Below are positions 1 through 13,200 of a DNA stretch of 64,000 bases, piece by piece (within the stretch, counting starts at the first letter, position 1; each line of letters begins with the position of its first letter). The position numbers and the translations under genes were made by a program. Location: positions 1,302,001 to 1,366,000 of the forward strand of contig OZ237742.1 in assembly GCA_965178125.1 (NCBI GenBank), in the 5' to 3' direction. Origin of the DNA: Bilabrum cf. latius. Its lineage: Eukaryota. The notes under the pieces are model-generated. The model saw only the letters and a list, made by a program, of their open reading frames with translations, did no database searches and was not told the origin of the DNA.

Positions 1-3000
1 CTGGGAGCAGTGCTGGGAGCTGGCAGGCCTGGGCATGGAGACGTCGGGCCGGGGGGTTGGTGGGAGCGTGCTCTGCGCGCGTGTGACGAGTGCGGGGTCT
101 GGAGCGCCATGCACCGATTGCTTGAGCTGGGTGGCTGGGGACTGTCACGGCGAAAGTTGAAAGCAATCGACTCGCCGAGCGGTGGGGGCAAGGGAGGGCG
201 CGCCCATTCTACCACTGCCGGTACTGTTGGCAGCGCGGGCCAGCCGGGCGCTGCCAACTCGGCGTCAATCCCCGAAGCCAAGCACGGCAGCCGAGGAGAG
301 CCCGCCTCGCCCCCCAGGGGTAGCTTGCGCCGCAGCAGCGGGAGGACGCCCAAGCGGTCCCCTCGCGCGCGGTCCGGGACTGGCAGCACCCCTTCCCCTT
401 CATCGTCCTCGTCTTCAAGCAGCGGCAGTAGTGGCACCCAGGGCACAGGGGCAGACACGGCCGGCAGCAACGGGTCCAAACCACCGGTGGATCGCGCGCC
501 TTCCCAGCAGCAGCTCCACGAGCTGGAGCCTAGTCCGGCAGAGACCGTGGCCATGCTGCGAAAAGGGCCCGCGCTAGGGGTGCTTCCTTTCTTTGGTCTG
601 TGCGCCGCGAGTGCGACCTGCCTGGGGCAGGCCCAGCAGCTGGCCGGGGTGCCTCGAGGACCCGGCTCCGAGGCGTTCCCCGGGCTGTTCTCCGTGCAGG
701 TGTGCTGGCCCGAGCTGCGAAGTGCAGAGGAGCAAGTAGCTCTGCTGGAAGTGGCCCGCGAGTTCGTGCTGGGGCGGGAGGGCATGGGGAAGAAACTGCC
801 GAGGGGCACCGAGCTGCAGGGCACCGAGCAGCAGGGCAATGGGGAGCTGCTGGGCGCGATTGGGGCTCAGTTGGACCGTGTGGCCGGGAAGATCCTCAGG
901 AGTGCAGTGCCTCAGGGGTGGGACGGGCGCGCCAGCGGGCCAGGAGCGTCCGTGGATCTTGCGGCCGGCCTTTGGGTCTCACCAGGCCATGGCTTTGGGA
1001 CAGGGCCAGGGACAGGGACAGGGACAGGTGCCGTGTCTGCCGCTCCCTTGGTTGACCGGCGCATGGTGAGGAGGAGGTATCGGGCGAGGCAGTGCCTGTC
1101 TCGGTGGGTGCACCGGAGGGCGCGCGGGCGGGGTGCATCAGCGACCCACGTTGTGGACTAGGGCCAGAGCCAGGATCAGGATCAGGGCCAGGGCTAGAGC
1201 CAGAGCACACCGCTGCTGCAGCCGTCGATCTCCAGCGATGTGGTCGAGCCACAGGAGGGCGACGAGGTCGATCGATCACACTCGATCTCGGCGGAGATGT
1301 CCTCGGACAGCGACGGCGTGGAGTCAGAGTCGGGGAGCGACGCGGATGCCCTTGAGGCGGACCAGGCCGACGACTCGGCCCGCCGCAGGTCCCTGCAGCT
1401 GGCGAGGGCCATGGCGCGGCGGCAGGCAGCCGAGTAGGCAGAGCAACGCAATGCGATGCACCCTTGGGTGCGAGCAGGTAGAGCCGCAGATACCGCCCAT
1501 CAAATCGGTGGAAGCGAGGATCCGCACACGCCGGACTCTCCGATGGGCAGTCTCGGGCTGCTAGACGCCGCCGGTGTGCTGGCCTCGCTGACCCCAGCGC
1601 GGGGGCACCGTCGTGCGATGCACCCGGGGGGTTCGTAGTCCTTGCAGCGGCCGCCGGGCATGCTCGGAGCCAAGCGGTCCAGGGAACAAGCCCTGGGGCT
1701 CGGCGGGGAGACAGAGGGGGCCGCACCCGTCAGGACACCGCCCCGGGGTCACGCCGGGCACGGCCCGGGGAACAGCCCTGGGTCCGGCAGGGCGGGCACA
1801 GGATCGTCTAGCTCCCTATCGATGAGCAGCCCTGCGCGAGGGGGGCGGGGGCCAGGGGGCCAGCGGCGGGGGGCGCAAGCAAAGGCCCGGGGCTCGCAGA
1901 CAGCGCCCCGCAGCAAGCTGGGCGCAGGCGCGGCCGTGGGCTCCACGGTGCAGCAGCTGCTCTCCCAGACCAGGGAACAGGAGTGGGAGTTCCGGGCCAG
2001 CCGCATCCCGCAGGCCAAGTTCGTGCATTTCCGCAGGCGCCGTGACGGCGAAGGCGCCGGCCGTCTGATCCTGAGGGTTAATCGTGCGCTCCGCCGGCAG
2101 GTCTTCCCGATGGAAGAGGAGGAGATCAAGCTGCAGAGGCAGAGAGAAAAGCAGATGCACGAGGAGGAGGAGGAGGGTCGAAAGGGCGCGGGCCAAGGGG
2201 TGGGGGCAGGCGTGCTGGGTTTGGATGGAGCGTCCGCGGATGGTGCGGCTGGCGGAGTTCTTGGACTTGAGCTTGGCACGGGGCTGGGTGGCCCGTCGGA
2301 GGTGCTGGGGTCCGGCGCGGGCGGGTTGATGCCGAGTCCAAGGGGTCGCGGGTCCGTGCTGGGTGACGAGGACGGCGACCCGGGCCGCGTGCGGGGCCAT
2401 GGCCGGGAGCGGTCCCAGTTGGAGGGAGACGCGACTGCCAGTCGGCTGGGAGCCGCATTCCGAGGGGGTCGCATGGGGGAACACGCGTCTGGCAGCACCA
2501 GCAGCAGCACACGTCCGTCGTCTGTGCGGTCCGTGCCTGTCCATGGGAGTCGGGCAGTGGCAGGCGGCCGCAGTGCGGCAGTGTTCGGCTCTAGCTCAGG
2601 CTCCAGATCTGGGTCCACCGCTGGTGGCTCGTTGTCGGCCCCCCGCAGGTCCAGGCAGCACCCGGGCCTGGGGCTCTTTAGGGAGGAAGGTTCGGATCAG
2701 AGCCAGAGCTAGGGGAAAGCGGGGGAGAGTGCAGCGCACGGCGGTGCACGGGAAGCCGGGGGGCTGCTTGAGCTGCTTAGTGCGGTTGCTGACGCTGCCT
2801 CTGCCTCCTCGCCCAAGGTGGCGGGGACTGGCGCTGCGGGGCAGGGAGTGCAGGGGCAGTTGGCACCCAGTGAGCAGTAGCAGTCGCAGTCGCAGCAGCA
2901 GTCGCAGCCGGTTGCGTCCTTCCGCTCAGGGCGTGCAGCACAGGTGAATCCGCACACGCCCAATGCAGATGCGGCACAGCAGCAGCACACGCTGCAGCCG

Positions 3001-3465
3001 CAGTCCCAAGGCAAAGACGGGTCAGCTCCGTGCCCGCCGCACACGGTCCGCGGGACACCGGTACTGGGGGCCAGGTCAGTGGCCAGCGGGACGATGCATC
3101 CCCAGGGCGGGGTAGAGGAAGGGGGCTTAGGATCCGCGCCTCGAGGCGGAGCACGGCGTGGCCCGCTCGTGCTCGGCCGCGCCCCTCATCAATCAGGAGG
3201 CGGTGCGATGGATGGCACCCCGGCAATGCAGGGTCTACTATCCCCGGGGTTGTCGATTGGAAGCGGGGCGCAGGACCGCGCCGGGGTCAGGAGCCGGGGC
3301 CGGGCTGCCAGTGGTGGCCTGGGCGAGCTGATGCTGGGCACACGGGGCTCTGAGCGCGAGACTGGGCTGGGGTCCGTGGGTGAGATGGAGGCAGAGGCAG
3401 AGGCAGTGGCAGACGGAAGGGGTGAGGCAGGGGGCGAGGCAGGAGGAGGCAGCAGGAGGAGGTGA
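1..3465 (+). CDS. 5'-partial large low-complexity protein of unknown function (TAG read as Gln)
   Basis: ORF-track fragments 10..1161, 1240..1437, 1456..1638, 1642..2712 and 2944..3465 share one frame. They are separated only by TAG (1159, 1195, 1435, 1636, 2710, 2878), and the frame ends at TGA 3463-3465. TAGs lie inside Gln-rich repeats (GGC CAG GGC TAG AGC CAG; CAG TAG CAG TCG CAG). Confidence 0.75.
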
Positions 3466-3697
3466 GGTTGGTGTAGCCTGGGCGGAGCTGCGGCCCGGAT
3501 AGCAGGCCAAGGAGCCTCGATGTGTAGCTGGCGGGCAGTCCGGGAGGGAGGTGCGAGAGTGGTCGGGGGGTCAGCACCGCGAGGAAGGCCAAAGTGGCCA
3601 TCCAAAGATGCGACATACTTCTAATGATTGTTTGAAGAGACGGCTTACCCGTAAACGAATAGAACCATGTTATCTTGCACGCTTTAACATACCGCCA

Positions 3698-5401
3698 TCA
3701 CAGCCCCGTCGCGCCTCCCATGGCTGCGGCCTGCTCCTCGTCCTCCTCCTGCAGCAGCACGCAGCCCTCTCCTGTCACACCCGCCGGCTCCACGATCATC
3801 CTACACGCCCGCTGGGCACACCCCGGATGCTGCAGCAGCCGCAGCACGCGCATGGGGCCGTCTGGCCTGCCGAGCGGGCCGGCCTGCGTGGGCATCCCGG
3901 GGCTGGGCACGGCCACAGGCCCCTGCACGATGGCCTGCCCACTGGGTTTGGCAGCCCCTGCTGCTGTTGCTACTGCTGCTGCTGCTGCCGGATCCTTGGT
4001 GCTTGGAGTGGTGCAGCCCTCATCTGGCTCTTTCAGCCAGGGCAGTCCCCCGCAGGGACCAAGGCAGGGGTCGTCCACCAGCCAGGGCGCTGGGCACACC
4101 GAGTTCGAGTGCTCTGGACCTGCGCCTGCGCTTGGGCCTGTGCTTGCCAATAGTTCCGTTGAGCCTGAAGTGGCAGATGATGTTGTTGTCCTCGCTCCAC
4201 TTCTATCCTTGGCGCTGCCCCCCTGTTCGTTGCGTTCCTCGTCCTATTGACTGTCCTATTGCTTGTCCTATTGTTTGTCCTATTGTTTGTCCTATTGATT
4301 GTCCTATTGTTTGTCCTATTGATTGTCCTATTGATTGGTACCAGAAGCTTCCGCTCCATCCGCAGGCAGCACCCCCAGCACCTCCACCATGGCCCCGCTG
4401 GGGTGCCAGGGAACACCTACGCCATCGGGTGCCTCTGCCCCCGCAGCCGCCGCCCGCTGCAGCTCAGAGGCGATGGCCAGCGCGGCCGCGTCCGCCCCCC
4501 CGGTGGAGTCCGCCCGCGTGAGGAGGAGCCGTACGGTGGGGCGGCAGCACCAGGCCAGGCCCAGGGCGGCCTTGCTCAGCGCTGCGGAACCTCCCGGCGC
4601 CGCGCTCCCCGCGTCCTCCTTTGCGACCACCGCGGTGGCCTGGTTGGTGACGAGGACGGGCAGGTTGTGCTCGTCGGCCAGCGCGAGGAGCTCCCTGGAC
4701 AGGAGGGCGAGGGCGTTGGCGCGGCGCCAGGCGGGGCCCGCGGTCTTGTCTCCTCGCGTCAGGGCCGCGACGCTGTCCAGGACCACGAGGCCCAGGCGGC
4801 GGGTGCGGGCGGCGGCGCGGAGGCGCCGGACGGCCTGCGTGGCCTCGGCGGGAGTGCTCGCTTGCAGGAGCAGGTGCGGAGACCACAACAGGGAAGCGTC
4901 ACCGCCGCCAGACTTTGAAGCTGCAGCTGGTTTGGATTGCCTGGGCTGCGCGCTCTCCACCCGTGGCCGTTTGCGCCCTGCATTTCGACCGCTCTCCACG
5001 ATTTCTGCATTCCACGCAGAGCAGACGCTTTGGCGCTGCCGCACAGACATGCACCTCCATCTTATTTCTGCCATCTGACGCAACCTCTTCAGCGGTGGGC
5101 GGCCCTCCGTGCAAACGTATGCCGCAGCGCTTGCCCTGCCTCCGGCTCCCCCTGGTAGAGCGCACTGCACCATCATGTGCAAGCAAAGCTGCGACTTCCC
5201 AGCACTTGCTGTGCCCGCTATTTCTGTAAGACAGCCATTTCTAAATCCTCCTCCAAGCGTTGCGTCAAGGGCTCTCGATCCGGTAGTTTGCCTTCCGACA
5301 GATTGGGCCGCTGCAGACAGTGACTGCCGCTAGGTGGCCTACTGGTATTCAGCTCGCAACAGATCTGCGCAGGAACTAATGGACACATCATTGCAAGACA
5401 T
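3698..5401 (-). CDS. XRCC3: Rad51-paralogue, XRCC3-like DNA repair protein (~567 aa, 10 in-frame TAG)
   Basis: Motifs: TTGSRALDATLGGG, Walker A EIAGTASAGKSQLC, AYVCTEGRPPLKRLRQM, Walker B LVVLDSVAAL, VLVTNQ, ALGLAW. The C-terminal strand MRVLRLLQHPGCAQRACRMIVEPAGVTG lies after 8 TAGs. ATG at 5401, TGA at 3698. Confidence 0.85.
4241..4336. repeat. 12-bp tandem repeat GTCCTATTGNNT x8 inside XRCC3; encodes (D-x-Q-TAG)n
   Basis: Eight consecutive units read directly. The minus strand reads GAC AAN CAA TAG. Confidence 0.95.
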
Positions 5402-5521
5402 ATTCTTGCGGTTTATATCCAATATATCTCGCGCTGTAGCGCACAAGCGAATGCAGCAGTTGTTCCGGTTCGTTCAAACACTTGCTCTCCCCCAGAAAGG
5501 ACCTCAGAACTGAGATTGAGC

Positions 5522-5743
5522 ATGGATCTCCCCGGTGGGCCGCCTGCAGAAGAGACGCCAGTATTTACAGGCTTCATGCTGTTCTGTGCCAGGAGGCTTG
5601 GTTCGTCTCCAGACCTCATGCGAGTTGGCGATTCTGCGCAGCTCGGTAGGCAGCTGCTGCGAGCATGGATTGGACTGTCGTCTCGCGCAAAGGAGATATT
5701 TGAAAGCAAAGCAAGGGAATTGGTTGATACTTCAATTGAATGA
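5522..5743 (+). CDS. small HMG-box-like protein (start uncertain)
   Basis: PVFTGFMLFC...LGRQLLRAWIGLSSRAKEIFESKA resembles the HMG-box pattern (F-M-L-F ... W-x-x-L-S ... K-x-x-F/Y). It ends at TGA and fills the gap between XRCC3 and Ku70. Confidence 0.45.
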   Translation: MDLPGGPPAEETPVFTGFMLFCARRLGSSPDLMRVGDSAQLGRQLLRAWIGLSSRAKEIFESKARELVDTSIE

Positions 5744-5815
5744 AGAAAATAGGCAAGCTGGCTCGGCATTCACAGTCCCAATACTCGCGGCACACCAAGA
5801 CGAGCAGCAGCACCA

Positions 5816-8532
5816 TCACTTGTCTTGTTCAGAAATCTTCGCTTCGATTCGCTCCACCAGGTCCGGCTTATTGCCAGAGATCTTAAGCCCCAGCCGCTTG
5901 CAGATCTCTTGCAGGACAGTCTTCGTGCGCTTCTTGAGCGTGTCGTTCGCGATTTCCTCAGCGACAGTGGCATCGTCCGGCACCTCCAGCCTCGCCTTCT
6001 TGGCCTTGGGCGCCCCGCCACCGCCCGCTGCCGAGGAGCCCCCGGAGCGGCCTCGCTTCTTGCTGCCCTTCTCGGCGGACATTCTCTCCGCCCGGAGCCC
6101 CACCGCGGCCTCAAAAGCCTGCATCTGCTTCTCCGCCGTGGCCCTGAAACCCTCCTCGTCGGGCATCGTCTCGTCGTCCTTCTCCTCGGTCCACGGCTTG
6201 CCCGCGCCACCCTCATCGCCATCGTCCCCGTCCTTTCCACCCACCCGCTCCCCAAGAGCCAGCGCGCGAAGGTACGCGTAGAACTTGCCGATCTTGGGCT
6301 TGCCCAGCTCCCGCGAGTGCCAGTCCTGCGTGCCCGCCTTGACGAGAGCCCGGGCCGCACCGACCTGCTCCACGGAGGCGCCTGTGGAGGCGGGGGGCTC
6401 GTACCTGGGCGTGGGCAGGTCGTCGGCGAAGGGAAGGGGCACTGCGAAGAGGCCGGGGGGCTGCAGCTGCGCCCCGTCCTCGTCCACCTGGGTCCAGGCG
6501 GGCAGCAGCGCCATGAACTTGGGCTCGTCGTTGGATCGCAGCACCACCCTCGCGATGCCCACCACGTCACGAGCGCGCATGGCCCGCATGAGGGCCAGCA
6601 GCGCCCGGCGACTGCCCTTCACGTCGCGCTCGAGGGGGTACAAAAAGTATGGCTCCCGCATGTTGTGCTGGTCCAGTAGCGCACTCCTGGGCTTGAACCC
6701 GAGCAGCTTGACACCGGGCACGTCGAACCTCTTGAGCGAGTTCATCTCCTGTCTCGTGAACTTGGCCCAGGCGCCTCCGATCTTCACCGCCTCGCGGACG
6801 TCGTACGGCTCCACCTTTTCGAGGGTCTGCGGGTGCTGGTAGTTGACCTTGGAGACCACGCGGACTGCCCTGAGCTCGCCTGCACCTGCATCGCCTGAGG
6901 CAGACCCACTGGCTGACGAGGACGACGAGGATGACGACGAGGACGATGATGAGGTCGCCGCCCCCAGGTCCCCGTCGATGGCCAGCGCGCCCGCGCCCCT
7001 CTGCCCTTCCCCGGCGCGGAGCGTTACCCTGACCGTAGTGGGCGGCTTGGTGTCGTAGATGGGCAGGTACACGCCGACACCCAGCTCTACGCCGGGCCCC
7101 AGCTGCAGCGACAGACGCGCGTAGGTCCTCCTGCGGAACATGCGGCGCCGCACAGCCTCCAGCAAAGCCTCAAATCCCCTGCTGCCGGCTACTGCGTGCA
7201 GGTAGGCTCCGTCAGCCGCCACCGCCGCGGCGCCCTCGTCCCCGTCCTCGTCATCACCAGCACCCTCACCATCCATGCCTCCGACTCCATCGGAAGCCTG
7301 CGTGCCCCCCTGCCCTTGCGTCGCCGCTGTGCCACCCATCGAGCTGCTGCCGTAGGCAGACGCAGCACCCGAGCCAGCGAAAGAACCAGCTCCAGAGGCT
7401 GCTGGCAGGCCACCTGCAGAGGCCCCACTGGCGGCCCGAGGGGCCCCCGTCACGGGGTCGTGCGTCTCATGCATCGCGTGGTGGTGCACCACCCGCCACC
7501 AAAACTTGCTGCCGTCGAAGCCAGGAGCACCTGCCCCCGCCCCAGCACCCGCCCCCGCACCCGCACCAGCACCAGGACCGTCCTCAGGCTCGGCCACCAG
7601 CCCGTACACGGACACCTCGTCTCCCTGCTGCCTCAGCTCCTGCGCCCGTCGCGCCACCGCCAGCTGTGCAGCTGCATCTCCGTTGCACGGGTCATCGTCA
7701 CATGTGTATATGAACACCCGCCGTGCGTCCCGCGAGGTGCTTTGCCCGCTCTTGCCCACGGCGGCAGGGGCCACCCTCTGGAATTGCTCCGCGGCGCACC
7801 ACAGAGAGTACTCGAGAGGAAACGGGGTGTCGGCTGTGCGGGGGCCCACAGTCTCTGCGAGATTTGGCGGACCGCCATCGCCATCGCCAGCGGGCCCTGC
7901 ATTTCTTGCCTGGAACGTGGCGCGGGCAGAGGCCTCGACGCTCTCCACGGCGCGGATTGCAGCGATGCTCGGCGGAGCAAGCGGCACTAGCGACCGGATC
8001 CCATCAAACTGATCGAGCGTGAACCTATCCACGCCAGCTAGTAGAACTCCAACGCGGTCCTTCGAGGAGGATGAGAAGATAATCTGCCGCTTCAGCTGGT
8101 CCAGCACGCAGCCCATCGTCGCTTGCAAGCATGACTGCGTTGGAATTACGAGTATGACGGAAGTATTGGTGCATATATCTAGTATTTGTTGCAATTTGTT
8201 GATGCATCATGAATTGCGAAGCCTTACTTTGCTGTCATCCTCATCCCCATCACTGTCCTCGTCCTCATCCGACTCTTCGTCTGCTGGAGCAGGGGCGAGG
8301 GCTCGCAGCATACTTTCTCTGCAGTCAGCAATGATTAGTAGATTGTCGCGTGACGTAACTTCGCCAACAGCCTGCGGTGGAGGGCGTCTTGCATAGGAAC
8401 GAAGGCCCGGGATATTTGCAAGAACTGCAAGTGCTCGCCCAAGGCGCAAAGTCGTCTCACGGCCCCTTTGTCCTCAGCAGCAGCCTACTCGACGGGCACG
8501 TCATCCTAGAAAAACTCTCCCCAATCTGACAT
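5816..8532 (-). CDS. XRCC6: Ku70 (vWA + Ku core + SAP), ~844 aa; exons 8532-8461, 8371-8228, 8134-5816
   Basis: N-terminus MSDWGEFF(TAG)DD...SRDNLLIIADCRESM. Further motifs: KDRVGVLL, RRVFIYTCDDDP, KLLGFKP, YFLYPLE, LPFADD, and C-terminal SAP LKKRTKTVLQEICKRLGLKISGNKPDLVERI. Phase-0 GT-AG introns at 8372-8460 and 8135-8227. Two TAGs in exon 1. Confidence 0.92.
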
Positions 8533-8672
8533 GCCGTGGGTCAGTTTAGTTCTGTCCTAATGTTGACACAATTTGTGCGAGCAGAATTCGAAACTCCGAG
8601 TCGAACCGGAGCGGTCTCAAACTGTGCCAATCGTCTGGTGATACGCACAAGCTAGCCAATTATTTTAGTGAA

Positions 8673-10193
8673 ATGATCATACTTTTACTCTTAAGCGCAC
8701 TGCTTGGGCTTTGCGTGGGAAGATCGGAGGTGTGCGGGAGCAAATCGTGCTCGGGGTAGGCGTGTCCTATGGACGACCCTTTCACCGCCGAGTATGGGTC
8801 GAGCGCAGTGTATCCTTGGGCATCTGGCATGGTCAAGTGGAGTTGCGTATATTCGCTCCGGGACTTTCCCCATGGCTCCACCGCGGACCGACTGGAGGCA
8901 GCGCTAGCTGCTGCCTCTAATGCGAGCGGTGGCGGAGTCGTGTATGTACCAGCGGGAATGTACCAGCTAGACAGAACGGTACAAGTGCCATCAAACGTTG
9001 CAATTCGAGGCAATCCTACACATGATCGAGCCAAGCATGGGAAAGAGCCTGGGCCGTTGGCTCCAAAGACCTTGTTTGAGTGCCCAGATCGGTAGCACTT
9101 GGGGTTCTTCAACGCCGACCCACTTGCAGCCAACATCTCCCTGCTTCACTTGGACCTAGTTGGATGTGCAATCATGCTATGGCCCGCGCTTGACACCCCT
9201 GGCTTCAAGGGGTGGGTGAACGCGAGCAAGGTGCTGGGAATGGGACGCAACAAGGCAGTGCTCGGGATCCGGTCAGCCGACGTGAACTACATGTAGACGT
9301 CCGCATCCGGTAACCATTTCCCGTGGCCATACGGCACCGCCGTTGCGGTGTACAGCGACGCGAACGCCCTGGTTGGAAACGTGCTGGTGCGGGCAAGCAC
9401 CAAGCAGGTGCCTGAGACGCTCGAGCTACTGTACAAGGGAGGCGGTAAGGCGGGGCCAGGGCCGTACAAGGTCAAGACAACGTATCCGTACGACAACCGC
9501 TATGGAATCGACGTCAACCAGATCCTGCTCGGCACGGTGGCTAGGCAATCGTGCCCCGGGTGGGGAGCCACCGATCCGAGGTGCTTCCCGCACCAGTACA
9601 GCCCCGGGGTGACCATCCGCGACTCGTGGGTGCACCAGAACGGGCGGGGCGGCGTGGTGTTCTCCGGCGCAGGAGATGGCCGGGTCATCGGAAGCGGCCC
9701 GCAGGTGCGTAACAACCACGTGGAGGTGCAGGCCGGGACGGTCTTCTACACGAGGGACGGCGTGCACTTCGCCACCGGGTCGGACACCAACGAGAACCGA
9801 GGGTACAACGTGCAGGGGTACGCGAGCAACATCACGGGGTGCTCGGGGCACGTCAACTCGTAGGCGCTCGTGTGCCCCGCGCCGGGAGACCCCAGCAAGC
9901 TGTGCCCCTGGCACACTGTGGATGGCGAAGGCATCCTGCAGCAGGCGTTCGAGTCGGGGTCGGGGTACCGGCACTCGTGGAGTGGCAACGACCTCACCGG
10001 GGGTGGGGACCCCAGCGGCGCCCCCGTGTGGTTCTATGACCTGGTGGATGTCGTGGACTGCGTGATCGAGGACAACAAGGTGAACCCGCAGGCTTACTTG
10101 GGCGTGCTTTGCCACAGCTACTGCGACAAGGTGCAGGGGGTGGTGTGCAAAGGCAACTCCAAGCCCGGCAACCAACCCAAACAACAGCTGTGA
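8673..10193 (+). CDS. secreted pectin-lyase-fold (beta-helix) protein, ~506 aa, 4 in-frame TAG
   Basis: Signal peptide MIILLLLSALLGLCVG and motif ALAAASNASGGGVVYVPAGMYQLDRTVQVPSNVAIRG (Pectate_lyase_3-like N-terminus). Fragments 8769, 9099, 9348 and 9870 share one frame, joined across TAGs at 8757, 9093, 9294 and 9861. Ends at TGA. Confidence 0.75.
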
Positions 10194-10292
10194 AGGCATC
10201 CCTTGGACTGCCCATGGATTGCGGGAAGACATAGATGTGCGCTTGCTCGATCCTGGAATCTTGATCAAATCTGTCTGGTTCCCATGCACATC

Positions 10293-13200
10293 TCACACTG
10301 TTCCAAAAGGCTCTCTCCACTTCAGGATGCTGCCCTGTGCCGCCAGCAGAGCAATCACACCGGACACCACGGGCCCCACCATCCCGGTCCCTAGTTCGAC
10401 GACACGCGCACCGCCATCATCGCCACCGTCCTCATGCCCACCAGCTTCACTCCGAGAGCGCCCACCACCCCCTCGGGTATCTGCTCCACGTCTGGCAGTG
10501 CCCGTGGCGTTCTAGCCGAGGACTGCCGCAGCGCCCTTTTCACACAGCAATCGTCCACAGGCCACCGACCTGCCGGTCTCGCCGCCAGCCGTGCCCGCAC
10601 CTGCATACCGCTGCAGCAGCCCTCTTGCCGCGGCCGCAGCTCGCTCACCCCGCTCCTGCGCGCGCAGCTTGGCCCTGTCTCTGAGAGTGGGGCGCACTTC
10701 GGGCATCTCGCCCGTGGATGCCGCTGCCTCCGGCTCATCTGCGTGGAGTCCCACCGCGGGCCCCTGTGCACCCTCGGCGGCTCTGACCAGCAACCCTGCC
10801 AGCTTGCGGCTGAGCCTTGCTCCCAGCACCATTGACATGTCCCCGCCCTTCCGTTCGTGAGACCCAGTGGCCCCCACCTGCAGTGCCAGCATGCTGTGGA
10901 CCCGCTCATTGGCCCCCACCTGCAGTGCCAGCATGCTGTGGACCCGCTCATTGGCCCCCACCTGCAGTGCCAGCATGCTGTGGACCCGCTCATTGGCCCC
11001 CACCTGCAGTGCCAGCATGCTGTGGACCCGCTCATTGGCCCCCACCTGCAGTGCCAGCATGCTGTGGACCCGCTCATTGACGCGAGGGCCATCCAGCAGT
11101 CGGAGCACTGCGCCATCGTGGGCTGCACCCTCAATAATGGTGCCCCCGATCAGAGCTGCCTGCGCGTTGCCCAAAGCACCACTGGCCAATCCTGCATCGT
11201 CGCCACCCGAGTCTTGCCCTGGCTGCGATTGGTAACGCGCTGCCTGCAGCTGCCTCGCCTGCTCCTCGGACAGGCAGGCCCACTGCATGGGCATGGCAGT
11301 AGCCCGTGCCTCGCTAGGGCCAGCAACTCCACCCTCGAACGAATTGGTGTGGGGCACACCCAGCGGGACGATTGCCCGCAGGATGCGAGTGCCAGCCTCG
11401 TTGCCTCCCGCCGACAGGAGGCAGGCGATCGAGGCGGGGGCGGGGGCGCTTGCAGAGCATGCAGACTGAGAAATGGCCATTTTGCTTGCGGCCCCCTCGG
11501 GGTCGCGTTCCTTGCTCTTGCTTGTTTGTTGCAGAAGCTCCGTTGGCAGCTGGTGCGAGGGCTGGGCCATGGCTGCTCGTAAGGAGATCCAGCCAGTTCC
11601 GAATGAAGATCCGCCCCCGACCTGCGGTGATCCTGTTGCAGCGGCGGCCTGGTTACATGCTGCGGCAATCTGCTCACCAATGGGATCCTCCATACTGCCG
11701 GCAGCGGGCAGGGCCAGCCTCAGCTGGTGCCAGTCGGTCGCTGCAGGTGAACCTGATCGGCTGCGCTCACCGAACACTGGCTCCAGCTGGGCAAAGAGGC
11801 ACCACTCGTCACACTACTCATCGTCAGTTTCACCCGTGACACCTCCACTCGCCACATCCGCACCGCCGGCGACACCGCTCGATCCAACAAATCCGAGAGA
11901 CAACGGAGGCACATCATCGGCCGCCCGACCAGATCGGCCTGTTGGACCCACCGACCCAGCCAGCGGGGTGCAGGCCCCGCTATCCAAAGAATTCCCCCCA
12001 CTCTCCAAGGGAAGCAGCCTGAGCCCGGACTCTGCCGACCAGGGCCTCGGAGAGGAGGCCTAGGAGAGCGCGTCCGACCACGCGGCGGAGGAGGAGCGGC
12101 GGGGCAGAGCCGCCCCGACGTGTCCTGCTGGTGGAGGCGGGGCCCCGTCATTGTCCTTGCGGGAGGACCCCGGGGTGGGGTCGTGCCCAGTCCCCAAGGT
12201 GGGGTCGTGCCCAGTCCCCAAGGTGGGGTCGTGCCCAGTGCCCGCGAACCTGCCCCCTCGGGCCCCCGCAGCCATCCCAGCGAGGGTGGGTCCTGGTCCT
12301 GGCCCTGCAGTGGCCCTCACTCCGCTCTGGGAGCCTCCGCGGCGGAGGGAAGCATGCGCAATACCACCGCCGCCAGACCGACTGTCCGCCAGCTGCCCTC
12401 CCAACCTCGCTTTATGTTGCACTTCTCCACGCCCCATCACTTCGCCGGGGGCAGTGCCCGAGAACCGACCAGAGGCCGAGCCGGCCCGACGGAGAACCGC
12501 ACTAGCTGTGGCCTGCTGCCGCGCCGTCATCGGCATCTTCGCCGCAGGGCGACTCGAGGTCGATTCACCTGCGCTTCTGGCGGTGAACTTGGCCACATCG
12601 CCTCCCGCAGGGCCAGTCCTCGGTGTCCCCGAGGGTCCCTTCCGTTGTTCCCTGGCGATCCGATCCAGGACCCTACTGGGCACCGGCATGCTTGCGAGCA
12701 CCACCGCATCGGGCCCTGGACCCGCCCTGCCGCTGCTGCCAGCGGCCCCCCCTCGCTCCCCTGTGGCCTGTAGTCCCCTGATGTAAGTAGATTCATCGTG
12801 GCGTGGCCCATGGTGACCCATGGACTCACCTTGACATGGTCGGTTGATCACCAGCAGCCGATGTGGGGGTCCTGTGTCCAGCGGGCCGTGTGGTGATGGC
12901 TCCCAATCCACCATCGTGCATTGCACCGTGCAACCAGCAGGTGCATCCGCTGGCATACCACCATACGGCTCTTGTTCCCTCCCCGCCTGCCCTCTTCCTG
13001 CCTCGTCCTCCTCATCCTCGACATTCTCAACTGCACCAGGCAGCGCCCCCTGACCTGACCCTACGCTCGATGCTGCCATCAGCAGCTGCCTCCCACGGCT
13101 CCCTCTAGATCCCATGGGTCTCCCACCAGCCTTGTTCCCTGCCCCCCTGGCTCCCTTGGCCAGCCCTCGCACCCTCCACTGCTTCCACACATTGGCAGGC

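Noticed and set aside
10869-11078. CRISPR-like repeat (also 60113-60366 and 51843-52170)
   Set aside because: These are head-to-tail units without spacers, with lengths in multiples of 3, lying inside reading frames.
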